From Marsupella aquatica (lineage: Eukaryota; Plantae; Marchantiophyta), in the NCBI GenBank assembly GCA_973895155.1, contig OZ316891.1, positions 4,260,018 through 4,324,017 of the forward strand: a DNA stretch of 64,000 nt. Reading direction: 5' to 3'. The position numbers and the translations under genes were made by a program. This document shows positions 24,719 to 36,442 of this stretch, one piece after another. Under the pieces are notes generated by a model, which ran no database searches, was not told the origin of the DNA, and saw only the letters and a list, made by a program, of their open reading frames with translations. The stretch's first letter is position 1, and each line of letters opens with the position of its first letter.

Positions 24719-26099
24719 TTTGAAAACGTGGTCCAAACTGTTGGATGTAGTTACCTCGAGATGATCTCGAGGTAAAGTGACTACAAAAACAAACCAAAAA
24801 ACCCAAGTGTAGAAGTTTATCCCACAAAATTGTGTGATAGAGAAAATAAGAAACTCTTCTACCTCGAGACGATCTCGAGGTAGAAGAGGGACCAAAAACT
24901 CCAATATGTAAAAATTCAGAAGTATTTAGCTCGAGACGATCTCGAGGTAAAATATGAAATCTCACTAAATAGCGAATTCAGATTCTATACCTTCGACTCT
25001 CTACAAACTCAATTATAAGAAGGAAAACCGAATGCACCATTAGAAAGAAGGCAAAAGTGAATAAGTTTGAGGATCAAACTTATGACTCGAGATGATCTCG
25101 AGCCAAAAAGGACATTGTATTTGACAAAGAAACTATTATGAATAATAAGCCACCCAAAATAAGAACATATAAATGGTTCTAGATGATCTAGAAGAATGAT
25201 TTGGTGCAATTAAGAAAGTAGGCTCCTAGTTTACTTCTAGACACTGAGAAATAGCTTCTAAAAGGCCATCAAATAGAGGGAAAAGGCTTCCAAATGGATT
25301 TTGACCGACACTAGTATAAGCTGAAAAGGTTTGGTTTTCTAAAAGATAGGAGCTCAATTATTTTAGACCTCCTTCAGGGCTTAAAATGAGAATTTCTCGA
25401 AATATCCTAAACACAAACGTAGAGTCCACAGCCCTTGAAAAGAACAACAGAAAGAGATCAGAGCAGAAATCTAGAGCCAAAGAGAGGGAGAGGGAGAGAG
25501 AGCAGAGAGAGGCAGAGGGAGAAACGAGCAAGCAATGACACAAAATGAGAAGAATGACCCGCTGGAGACCAAAGAGAAGCAATATATAAAACCCTGACAG
25601 ACAAAAAGGCCAATAAGACGGCTTGGTTGTACTTGTGTCACGGCTAAACTCGCGGCAGGGCTGAAGTACGGATAACAATAATGACAACACGTGTGATTGT
25701 AATAATGACTGTACGCACCCAACAGGTTGCGTGGCAGCCTACCTGAGCCTGCACGAGCCGTGGCACGCTTGGCACGGCCAAGGCCGACCCCCGAGGGGCT
25801 TATAGTGGCTTCAGGGGTTTTGAATTCCCCATTTTCACATTTGCCTCCTCGCCTCTTCGCCTCCTCGCCTCCTCCCGTCCCTTGCCTCCTTGCTTCTAGA
25901 TTGTTTCGCGCTCTTGCCTCGAGATCCTTGTATTAGCCTCGAGATTGCAGAGGGTCGAGATTAGGTTTTTTCCTCGAGATTTTATAGGGTCAAGATTTTG
26001 TGTTTAGGCTTGAGCTTCGATAGGGTCGAGATTTTTTGTTTAGGCTTGAGATTTGTTTTTAAGTTCTCAGCCCGTAGTATGCTCCTCTCTTCACCAGCC

Positions 26100-29000
26100 A
26101 TGTCGACTGTTGTAGATTTCTCCAAGGAGGACTTCGTTGAGTACAACCTTGCAACCATTGGCGAAGAGCTTCAGACCCATCTAGACTCAGCCATCAGATC
26201 CACCGCACCATTAAACGTAATTCATCATCTTTGTTCTGTTCAGGTTTAACTCGAGATCGTCTCGAGCTTCAATTGGTCCACTTGTTTCTGGATTCCTTGG
26301 ATGCAGTTGAGGCTCGAGATCATCTCAAGCCTATTGATGTTTTCTACAATACTTTGCTTCAAAAGTTGTGATCTATCAATTGATTTTACATTTGATGTAA
26401 GTGGCATGAGGCTCAAGATCGTCTCGAGCCAATATGCAATTCCTGCATGTGACCTAGTGAGATTTCTTCAAGTTGGAAACCCTTATCCTTCAAAAGTGAA
26501 ACATCATATCCAAAATATCTAAAATTTCCTTCCTCCAGGGACTTCTGTACCCTCCAACTCGTTCTGATCACTGACATCCGAACGGGTTTGTGGGTATCAG
26601 AAGTCAATGGAGAAAGTGGATTTTAATCATTGATTGAATATGATGTTCATTGTTGAATATGATATTCGGATCACTCGTTTGACATGTTAGGCTCGAGATC
26701 GTCTCGAGCCAAATATATCCCTCACCATCTTCCATTATGGTCATTCGTATCCCTTGGCCAATTTCTTCCAGTTGGAAGGACTCCATGTCGTCTACTTGAA
26801 TTGCTAATATCCTTTTCATTGTGATCCAAGCTTGCCTTTTGGACCACTTTCTTAGTCCTCCAACTCGTTTGTGAAGATGATAAACCACTGAGTTAGAGGG
26901 TTTTGAATGTGGTCGAATAGATGACATTGGATCATTCTTGAAAATATTGTTCGTTAAATTTGACTGGTTCATGATATGCAATGGAATAAAACCTCAACTG
27001 ATATATATGAGGATCGAGATCATCTCGAGCCCTTGTCTTTTTCTTTTAAACAGATGGTGGCTCGAGATCATCTCGAGTCTATTGTGTTTCCTAACTATTG
27101 TGTTATCTTTTTAGATTTCTTTTGTTTGAAATCTCTTTTTAAATTCCATGGATGAAATGGCATTAGAACATGTTAGACTATTAAACTTAAAAGGAAGATC
27201 GAGATCATCTCGAGCCACCTATTTGTTTCTTGGTTTTGTAGTACATGTTTATGACAATTGCTACATTTTGGCTGTACCAGGTGCGAAATTGGGATCGCCT
27301 AATTTGGTAGTCGAAGATGAACATGCAATTGAGGTTTCCTGCCCTGGACAAGGTTTATTTGGATTCTGTTGGGCCATTGAGCTTGCTGAAACTGAAGACA
27401 TGGAAGGAACTATTATTTGTGTGAAGACGAGGTCTCCATCAGTCGATCCTCTAGTGTGCAGCCTTCTAGGGCCTGTTGTTTCTATTGTGATGAGTAACGG
27501 TAAGGACATGGTTTTGATGGTGGAGAACCACGAGACAGGGAAGTGGGCTCTAATTAGACTTCACGCCAAAAACTACTCTTGCGATCTTAACATTGAACGT
27601 GCAGCCAGAAAACAACTGAGCGTGATATCAATGGGGTTCTTCCCCGAGGGTTTTACTACAAGTAATTTGCTAGAAGATACTCCTATATCTGGAGCGGACA
27701 TAATTTTTAGATTCCTTTATTGTCAAAAGTATGGGTTTGATCGTGATGATGCATTCACGACTCCTTTCACGTGGAAGGTTTTGAGACTAATGTCGGAATC
27801 CAAATTGGGGGAGTTTGAATCCATATCCCCTGATTTTGTGTTTGGAGCCGGAGAATTTGACGAGGATGCTTGTAAAAAGTGGGTGTTGTCTCATTGGAGA
27901 CAAACAGGTAAATTGAAATCTGTAGCTGTGGGAGACAAGACGTCCGGTTTGGACAAAAAGGAAGCAAAGGTGTCTCAAAAGAGGAAGAGGGTTGAGAAAC
28001 CCGAAAGCAAAGCGAAGAAGGCTCCACCTCAAAAAAAGTTCGCGCCGCCCAAGGTAGATCTCATTCGGCATCTTCCTTGATACCGATGATGATGGCACTC
28101 CAAGAGATGCTCCGGGAGAAAAGAGCGTTAAGGAAGGAGCCAAAGTTCTTAAGGAGATTGAGGAGTATTACACATTTGGCATGAATGAAACTTTTGACAT
28201 TCCTGTCACTAGTATAGATTCGCCGTCTGCAGTTTTGGTATATAGGATGTTCAATAAAGACCATGCCATGGAGATCACAAAATCCATGGTTAGAAACCCT
28301 AGAATGGTACCCTCTGTGGCGGATTTAATTCCGTATTCAAGAAAGAGTTTGTAGTTGCTCCATTATGAGAATACTGCTGAGGATTGAAAGGAGTTCGAGT
28401 GGGGTGTTAAGAATAAGAAGGTGTAGTTCCTTGCAATCAGTGAACAACACTCGGCAAAGGCAGCTGTTTGGATCATAGGTTGGGCTAAGAGCGATGCAAA
28501 GTTGAAGGAGGTCGCGAAGAGTCTGCAATATCGAAAGTCACGAATTCTTTCGGACAGAACTCCAAGAACAATACTTGCTCAACACTCACAAAGGGCAAAT
28601 GCTGTTAATAAGACCATGGAGTATGAGTCCTGTTTTCTTGATACTATGGTCCATGCCCATCGACAGTTTGAAGAGTGTGGCCGTCCGGAGAGACCCGTGA
28701 TTGGGTCCAATAGACTAATGGATCATCAAAAGTTCTAGGTAAATTTGAACTCAAATCCACTTCTAGCTCGAGATTGTCTCAAGCCTCGAGGTCAAGTTTC
28801 TATATTTGATTTATCTTCATGTATTCTCCCATAAATTTTACCATAGTTCCTTAATTCTACCTCGAGATCGTCTCGAGCCTCAGATTTTCTTTGTACTGTT
28901 TGGATCAAGATTTTATGGCCCTTGCCAAAATAACAACTGGAAAATCCGATCTGAGGAATATTTTTTGGTTGCTATTTTCGGATGAGAACCTCTTCCAAAC

Positions 29001-31345
29001 TTGGAGACAAATGTGCATTGATTGGGTCAAGGGACTTCTTTCGGATGGTCTAGGGGAGTTAGGTTCAAAAATAAATGGGAAATTCCAGACAACAAAAATG
29101 ATTACGCCGGCATTGTTTAGATGCTTTGAAGGAGACCTGAGTAGTGACGACATTTTGAAATTTTTTACTGCCGTTCAATAACAGAAGGTTTTATTGAAGA
29201 AAGACCCAGCCAACAAATCTGATGTTCAATCAATGAGTGATATGGCTCATACTTTCAAAGTCATGACCAAGCTGAGGGCAAAAATTGTGGAGTACTTCAT
29301 TTTGAAGTATCCAGATCGGTTTGCCAATTCACTCACTTGGTTTGAGCTAACTCAATTTTTGCCTACATTTATGGATCGTGGTGAGTTGCCGAAACTTAGA
29401 CAACTTGCTGGAGAGGTTTGGATTTCCAACCTCCTAAAAAGAAATAGGCCAAAAGACCCATTTCCGCAAAGTCTCATTGTTAGGCTTGAGCAGATATATT
29501 GCAAGGTATTTGGCGGGTTGCCTTCAATGGAGGATACTCCTTATCGCACATTTTTTAGCGATAATTTGATGAGGACAATGAAGCCTGAGATTGTTGACTT
29601 GGTGCAAAGGATGTGCCCACTCTCCATTGTCGATTTTGGTCATCTTCGACAACGGCAGTGGACAGATGCCGAAATTTTTGTCTTGCTGGAGTATTGTTTG
29701 CAGATGGCAAACTCGACAAAACTCTTAGTAATCTTTTTTTTCCGTCAAGGCCCATTGATAGGCCAGATTCAGAGTGCCTTTGAAAAGATTTGTCGTGAGA
29801 AGAAAGTCCACACAAAGCTGGAGTACGAGAGCTACTACCGTGATCAGCTGCCCAAGGAGGAGGGAGATTTTCTCATTGGAGCCCGAGACTCAATCATCTT
29901 TGGGGGAATTTGTTGTGAAGAGAAACCAGACTCGTCCCAAATTTTCTTTGATGACTTTTATGCGTTTTGGAACTACAGTGAGAAGTGGGACAAAGACTTC
30001 ACAGTCTTGCCTTTGAAGGCCCCTACTAGGAACAACAAAGACCAATCAAAGGGGAAAGAGAAGCTCGATGAATCCACTATTGATGTCAAAGTTTTGGAGA
30101 AGATGGCCCCATCTTATGAGATGGTCGGTTGGCGTGGTGGCTTTGTAAATCTGAGAGCAAAGCCTTTGTGAATGACAAAGAGTCTTGTTGATTATTTCTC
30201 GTGCCCAGGTCATACAGTGTTGGATTTCTTCTCTGGAGGACAGACATTGAAAGCTTGTGTCATTCTTGGTCGGGATTGTTTTGTGTATTCGGACACAGCT
30301 CAAGAGATGGAATTCACAGAAGCCTTTGCTCAGCTCCTTCATGACAACAAGCAGGTTTTATATGTGCCACCCAAGGAGCCGTTACCATCTGAGGAGATTA
30401 CTGTCGGTCTCCTCGTTGTAATAGAAGAGGTGGCCTTAGACATAGCTCCGGTGGAAGCCAGTGTTTATGAGGAAGTATTTGCAGAGAATTTAGAGCATCG
30501 CAAAATGGAGGGCCCAAAAATCACAAGCTACATGGAAGGGGAGGGTGAAATACTGCCTGAATTTGAAAATGATGCTCGAGATGATCTCGACGTTCCAGGT
30601 GTTCCTTCATCGGGTGACCTTGGGGATGCACGACGTGAACAACAGTCTTCAACCTTGGATGTTGGCTGGGAATCCACCTTGCAGGATGCGGGGCAGGATG
30701 CAATTAGCCAACCAATTCCAAGCCCTCCTCAACTGGATGAGATTTTCTCTACTAAGAAAGCTAGTGGCTGCCATACTCCCCCTCAGGACGAGGCAGGTGC
30801 ATCGTCCTCTCCCTTGGACCAAATGTTTTGCGCTTCAGAGAATAAGCTTGTTTTCACAGATTCTTCTACTGGAAGCCCTGTAATTCTCCCTTTTGTTAGG
30901 AAACCGGGGACTGAAATTGGTATAACTAGTTACAAATCACTCAAAGCAAGTGCTACTCATTATGTTTGGACTGATGGACCGTCAAAAGGTCAACAAGTCT
31001 CTATAGAGCAGTCTGAGAAGATTATTCAATCTAGAAAGTATAGGAAGGATAAGTTCAAATTAGTGCCAATTTGGTCTGAGCCAGCTCTTGTTGAGACCCT
31101 TCCCGGAGGGATAAATTTGGACATCCAAAACCAACTAGGAGATAACCTTCTAGATGAATTTGGGTCTTTCAGCACATGAGGTTGAAACCCAAGTTAGTTT
31201 GAACAGTCCTGAAATTCAGCCGTCTAAATTATTATGGCTACCTTCACAGAAATAGGCGGGCCCTTACCAGTTGTGGAGTGCGTCGACAATAATCTCCAAA
31301 GATGTCCTAAGATTTCTTCAACTACTGACCTTCAACCAACAATAG
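26100..31345 (+). pseudogene. Transposon cargo gene: ParB-like domain plus beta-class N4C/N6A DNA methyltransferase-like domain, spliced, with in-frame stops
   Basis: ATG at 26100 and GT donors at 26217 and 28739. Region 28080-28738 reads YRMFNKDHAMEITKSM...FLAISEQHSAKA (ParB-type GxH-like motif). ORFs starting at 28891, 29194, 30172 and 31234 share one frame and include AKPL*MTKSLVDYFSCPGHTVLDFFSGGQTLKACVILGRDC (motif X-I of N6_N4_Mtase). Confidence 0.6.
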
Positions 31346-31450
31346 GTATGACGTTGACTGTTGTTCATTCACTTGTGATGCTCGACATCGTCTCGAGCAT
31401 TCCTTTGTTTTATCTCCCACAATTCTAACATTGGTGTTCCTTCTTTGCAG

Positions 31451-32508
31451 GACCCTTGCCTCCACTTCACGGTCCAATCAGACAGAAGCTATTGATTCTT
31501 GACCTCAACAAAATGTGTTGGAATTCTGTCAAAACACCAAGTTCCGGACCACGCCGTAGTGCAACAAGTGTCAAGGGTGTCCACTGGGGGAGACGTGGAG
31601 GGTTTAACTTTATGTATGTTGAGCAACCCCATCTTCACGAGTTCTTAATCGCAGCTTTTTCGTTATTTGATGTTGCCATTTGGACTTGTGCAAGGAAACC
31701 CAGGACGGATGAAATGATTCATTTGATCTTCAATCAAGAAGAGCGAGAGCAATTCAAGTTTATTCTCACACAAGAAGATACATTTGATACTGGAATCCAG
31801 AGGCCTGACATTACCGATGGGAAGGCAAATATTCATTTGAAGGATTTGAGGGTGGTTTGGAAACGTTATGGTGGATTATACGACGAAACTAATCTACTCC
31901 TTCTTGATGACACTCCAATGAAGGCATTTGCAAATCCAGAGAATTGTGGGTTGTTTCCTTCCTCATTTTCGCATCACTCCACGGATGATACATTCTTTCC
32001 AGAAATACTATGGCCTCTGCTCAGGAAATTGTATCATGCTTTCAATCTTCAGCACTACCTTTTTATCAATCATCCAAAGTGGTCTATGATAAATGTTTTA
32101 GCGGACAGAGATCAACAGGCTACCATTTATGCGTTGTTGACGGAGCGGTGGGGTAGTATGGTATGGGTTCATTCGGTTATCCATACAGTCTTGGATGTCA
32201 CAGCGGACAAAATTCCTTGGGATGTCAAGAATGAAGTGCAACAATTACCACCAATGGAGGAATTGATGGAGGAGGCCATCAACGACCTTGCAAAGACGTT
32301 AATTGGATATCAGTACACAGGACCCTACAGAGACAATCATCGGGGATTTGTTTCGGAAGTCTTGAGGTGTAGGGACCTCACCACAAAGTTCTGGAATAGG
32401 AAGCCTCTCGATTTCTGCAATTGCGATATGAAATATGACCCGTCAGGGTCTAGATTTACTTGCTCAAATGAATTCTACGGGGTGGAGGAGCATGAGATTT
32501 GGGTCTAG
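31451..32508 (+). CDS. NIF/FCP1-like HAD phosphatase domain (transposon cargo; last exon of the cargo gene or a separate gene)
   Basis: KLLILDLNK, PHLHEFL..AFSLFDVAIWTCA, HLKDLRVVW and LLLDDTPMKAFANP match the NLI-interacting-factor family. Intron 31346-31450 (GT...TTGCAG) joins it in frame to the upstream exon. Confidence 0.8.
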
Positions 32509-35500
32509 ATTATCTTGACCCGACACTGAATAGTTACAATGTGAGTTGTAGATATACATATTCTTACTAAAAAAAAAGTGAAGCTATGCGTACTATCCAT
32601 TTGAGTCTAGATGCTGTTGATCCTCTTTTACTTGTAGATATGTTCTCAGAAAAAGGTTATTTGGGTCTCGACCCTATACAAAGGGAATAGCTAGAGATAT
32701 AGATTCAACAACGGGTCAAAATTATGTGGACCCTACATTTGGGTCGAGATAATCTCGACATAGATTTTTACATAGTAATTGATATACATTCAACAACCGA
32801 TCAAAACCATCTAGAGCCTGCATTGGGGCAGACATGGTCTCGACCCTGTAAAAATAGGTTTTTTACTTTTATAATACATTACCGGTTTACTTTCCGTGTT
32901 TGTGTAACTTGGTTATCACGGGTCATTTGAATTTATTATATTGTCTTATTCTATTTTTTCATTGTTCATATTGTATATAATAAGAACACTTTATTATCTT
33001 TTAATTAATAAGTATTTATAATTGATAACTGAATTATTTAATTAATAATTTGGGCATTAGAATTGTAATTTTAGACCTCAAAAAGTGTATATTTGGCCAC
33101 TAAAATGTATGTTTTTGGGGAACAAGTTATAGAACATTTGGGGGTAAAATAAGAAATTTGAAGGTCAACTTCTGGACTAGAGAAATTCCAGTTTTAATGA
33201 ATAGGGTGATATCAAAAAGCAGGAAAACTTTCTCCAGTGTCAGTTTCTCATCAGTGACCAACGCCAAAAACCAAACCCGATTTCTCAAATCCTTATCCAG
33301 GGCCTGGTATCAAATCTGGATAGCCTGAGCATCAGTAATGCCCTCCGTAGTACTGATCAACCGCCTCATGCGCGTGTACGCCTTGTGCAAACTCTCACCC
33401 TCCATCCTGCTGAATGTCTGGAGGCTCAACAACTTGTCCACGCGGACACCCTGGTAATTCTTCTTCAACACCTTGAAGAACTCCACCATCGGGTTGAACC
33501 TAGGGATTGGCAACGATGTGCTAGAGCTGCTAGCACCCTCTTCCTCCTTCGGGGACAGTCTTCACTTGTGAGTGAGACGTAATCTGGAGACAACTTGCGT
33601 CTCCAAGACTCAATGTGCTCAGCATACATCGTCTGGAACTCCTCATAGTCATGCATGGGTGGCCCCTCCAAGTGCTGGAACAATGCCCGCCATGCCATGA
33701 AAGGGGAGAATATCGTGCTGCGTAACTTCTGTTGATCACCCCACCGCTCAAACTCCATAATGAAATGTGGCAACTCCATGGTGCCAACATCTCCCAAAAA
33801 CCTCCGAATCCGACTATCCATGGAATGCTCCATGTCCCAATTGTAGGGACTAATGCGTGAATACAGTGACAATCAGGACAGTAATCACGTCGCCTCCTCC
33901 ACAGTAGGGTTGGTGCCAGTGTTGCGCCCAGGTGACACAGTACCCTATTCTGCCTCCAATGGTCGAAATTGGGCACCACTGTGAGTCACTCTTGTCTCCA
34001 GTGTGGCTATGCAACAAACTGTAGTACTCCTGCGGCACAACAATCACTTGGTAGCAACTACCGCCAACGACTGCAACAAGACCACCGCAAAATGGCCAAA
34101 AAATAAAATGTGTCGGAATCGTGTGCAAACAACTGATTTTGATAGCCAACAAGCCACCGCATCCAACCCTGTAATCGGTGAGCAAAATGGACTCCAGATG
34201 ACCGAGCTATGGTGGTGCAACCACGGGGGGGGTCACAATGGTGTCGGGCAAAGTGCAGAAATGAGGTCTCAGATTTTCTGTTGCACCAAGTATAGAGGAA
34301 GCTTCCTGAAAGGTTCCCGCAGTGGCAATTGTGCGGAAACAACCCAAATTATAAAAATATAGCACAAATACGAAAATACTGCACAAATACGGGAAACGGT
34401 GTCTAAATACGGAGAAATGGGCTTGGACACGGCAGGATACGGCCAAAAAAATACAGCTAATGAGGCGTGGACACCTGCCACCCCTCGCCTGCCGCGCCCT
34501 TTCCCAATTCGCTCCTAAGTGCTGGAAGATCTCCTGGCATCTGGGGCCAGGGCTCGCTCCTGTCCTTGTGGGGGGCCTCTTGCCACCTTAGGCCCCTCCT
34601 TAATGACACTCCGTAGGGCTACGAGCCCTCCTTGAATGCTCCCAAGAGGAGGGAGCTTGGAATGCCCCTCCCCCTGCCTCCTTCGCTCCTCACCCCTCTT
34701 TAAAACCAATTCATAGGGCTGTGGGCCCTTCGTATTAAATGCCTTGGGCCACCTGGAAGGAGTTGCAAATCCTCCCTCCCCTCCTTGTACCTGGACCTCC
34801 TTGGGGAGGCGTTGCACACCTGGCCCCTCCCTCCTTTAAAAAAAAAAGGTGACAGGCCACCTTGAGCCCTCCCTCCTCCTCAATGTTCGAGAAGGGGCCG
34901 CCTGGCTCCTTGGGAGCCCAACTGGCCCCCTTTAACTCCAGCCTTGGCTTCCGTGGGGAGCCCCTTTTACCTTGGGTCCCTACCCTATTTCTTTTAAAAT
35001 ATGATTCCCTTGGGTAACAAAAAGGGTAGCACTAAAAGGCCCACCAAAATACCCAAATAACAAAGAAGAAAGGGTAATCACTTAAAAAGAGAGCACAAAA
35101 TAAAGTGGACACGGATGAGATAAAAGTGCAGCATATGGCTACACTAGTAGGAGGGTAACAAATAAAGTGTCAAAGGGGACAAAAAGTAGAAGCAACCAAG
35201 TAGGGATAAAAGGTGGAGGGTAGTGTTAAGGTTTTGAGCCACTAAACACAAGAGTCAAAATATCTTGAACCCCTCTAAAGTGGATTTTATTTCCCAAATG
35301 CCACCAACTAAGTCAGGCCTTGGAATTACTCCCTTCTCCAAGCTAGATTAGGCTCTAAACATATATTCTTTTTAGTTTTTTATAAACCCCTAAGGTAGGC
35401 ACAAAATGTGTGCACTATACAACTTCACAAAGTAGCCATTTGCCTCACAATTTGCATTGAAATCCCGTCACAAATTCTGTCACCAAATACCGTAAAAAAA

Positions 35501-36442
35501 ACCGTCGATAACAAACAAAATTCCAGCAAACGTTTGAAGCAGATAACGTCCATCTCTCAAACTATTTTTCACTCAAACTTCACCAATGCAACCGCATCGG
35601 CATGCTCCATCCGAAATCACAATAAAATTTCTAGTGGTTATCCATCCAACATAGTTTCTATCAAAATTTGGGCATGGCTTCCGCACATCCTTTGTGCATA
35701 CAAAAATCTGCAGATCCTTCCTCTCTAACCAACAACAAACAGAGCTTTCCGCACAACCATTCAATCGGCGCATACAATGAGCATAGCTTCTCCGCATCAA
35801 CGATTTGCAATGAAAGTGCAACCAGATTTCAAGAAATTCAGAGTTGAAATCAGAATACTCTCACTGATTTTTTACAGCACTTCCGCGCCTAGATACGTGT
35901 TGCCAACCAGCAATCAGCAAACGCCCACCAACGATTGGCACCAACGAACAACAAACGAATGGATGAATCACCGAGCTCCACCGAGCACCTCCGCTGGTCC
36001 GCACAGTTCAGAAAAACTGAGAGCATCCGTTCTCCTCCTTCACATTTTTCCAAGTAATCTCTTGCGAAACGGGACCCCGCTGCAAGGTATCACTAAGTTG
36101 AGCCAAACTCACCCGCTAGCCATGCGGGACTCCAAGTCTATACACATAGCAGAACCCTGCCAATGTCGCTCTTCATGCCAACCGGCATACACATTCTCTC
36201 TTTCACCATAGCCACCACATTTACAAGAGCTCTACTAGTGTCGGGAGGCTCAACTTGGAAGAATGAGGAACTAATCCCTCATTCTCCAAGATATATTCCC
36301 ATGACACAAAGGCATGGTAACCTGGGTGAAAAGGTCACCCCTACTCACAACACATGTGCAACCAACAAAGTTACAACTCAAATGTAACATTGGGTGACAA
36401 AGAAAAGATGAGATTTACAAGTAATTTAGTTTTGTGTCCATC

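Larger units (their letters stand above)
24755..32759. repeat. Dispersed 17-bp palindrome CTCGAGA-N3-TCTCGAG, at least 16 copies, seen only inside the DNA transposon
   Basis: Copies start at 24755, 24863, 24930, 25086, 26250, 26313, 26412, 26692, 27013, 27061, 27198, 28767, 28861, 30575, 31381 and 32743 (0-2 mismatches). Confidence 0.9.
20984..33210. mobile_element. 12.2-kb TIR DNA transposon (Sola-like) with cargo genes, inserted in Gypsy gag
   Basis: Left TIR ATCAGTCTATTCATTAAAACTGGAA vs right reverse complement ATCACCCTATTCATTAAAACTGGAA. TSD is ATCA (20980-83 / 33211-14), equivalently TATCAA if each end is 1 bp shorter. Excision restores the gag frame KVFLLFD|TIDMNRSEEK. Confidence 0.9.
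14503..34237 (-). mobile_element. Decayed Ty3/Gypsy LTR retrotransposon (gag-PR-DNMT-RT-RH-INT-PHD), 3'-truncated and interrupted by two insertions and one inversion
   Basis: Gag at ~33900-33215 continues at 20983-20140 with knuckles CWSCKGPHNQRDC and CDHCHQDEHTVDRC. Downstream are protease VLLDSGAQ, RT (RRMCGDY, LPFGLKNAP, YIDD), RNase H (FVVAYASR, TDHQPL) and integrase (HEELGHFG, LDFAGP, TDQGTEF, DGLAER). The RT-RH-INT order is Gypsy. A possible 5' LTR (33980-34237, TGTGA...TCACA) lies next to a PBS-like TGGTGCCC; no matching 3' LTR was found, so the boundaries are approximate. Confidence 0.9.
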
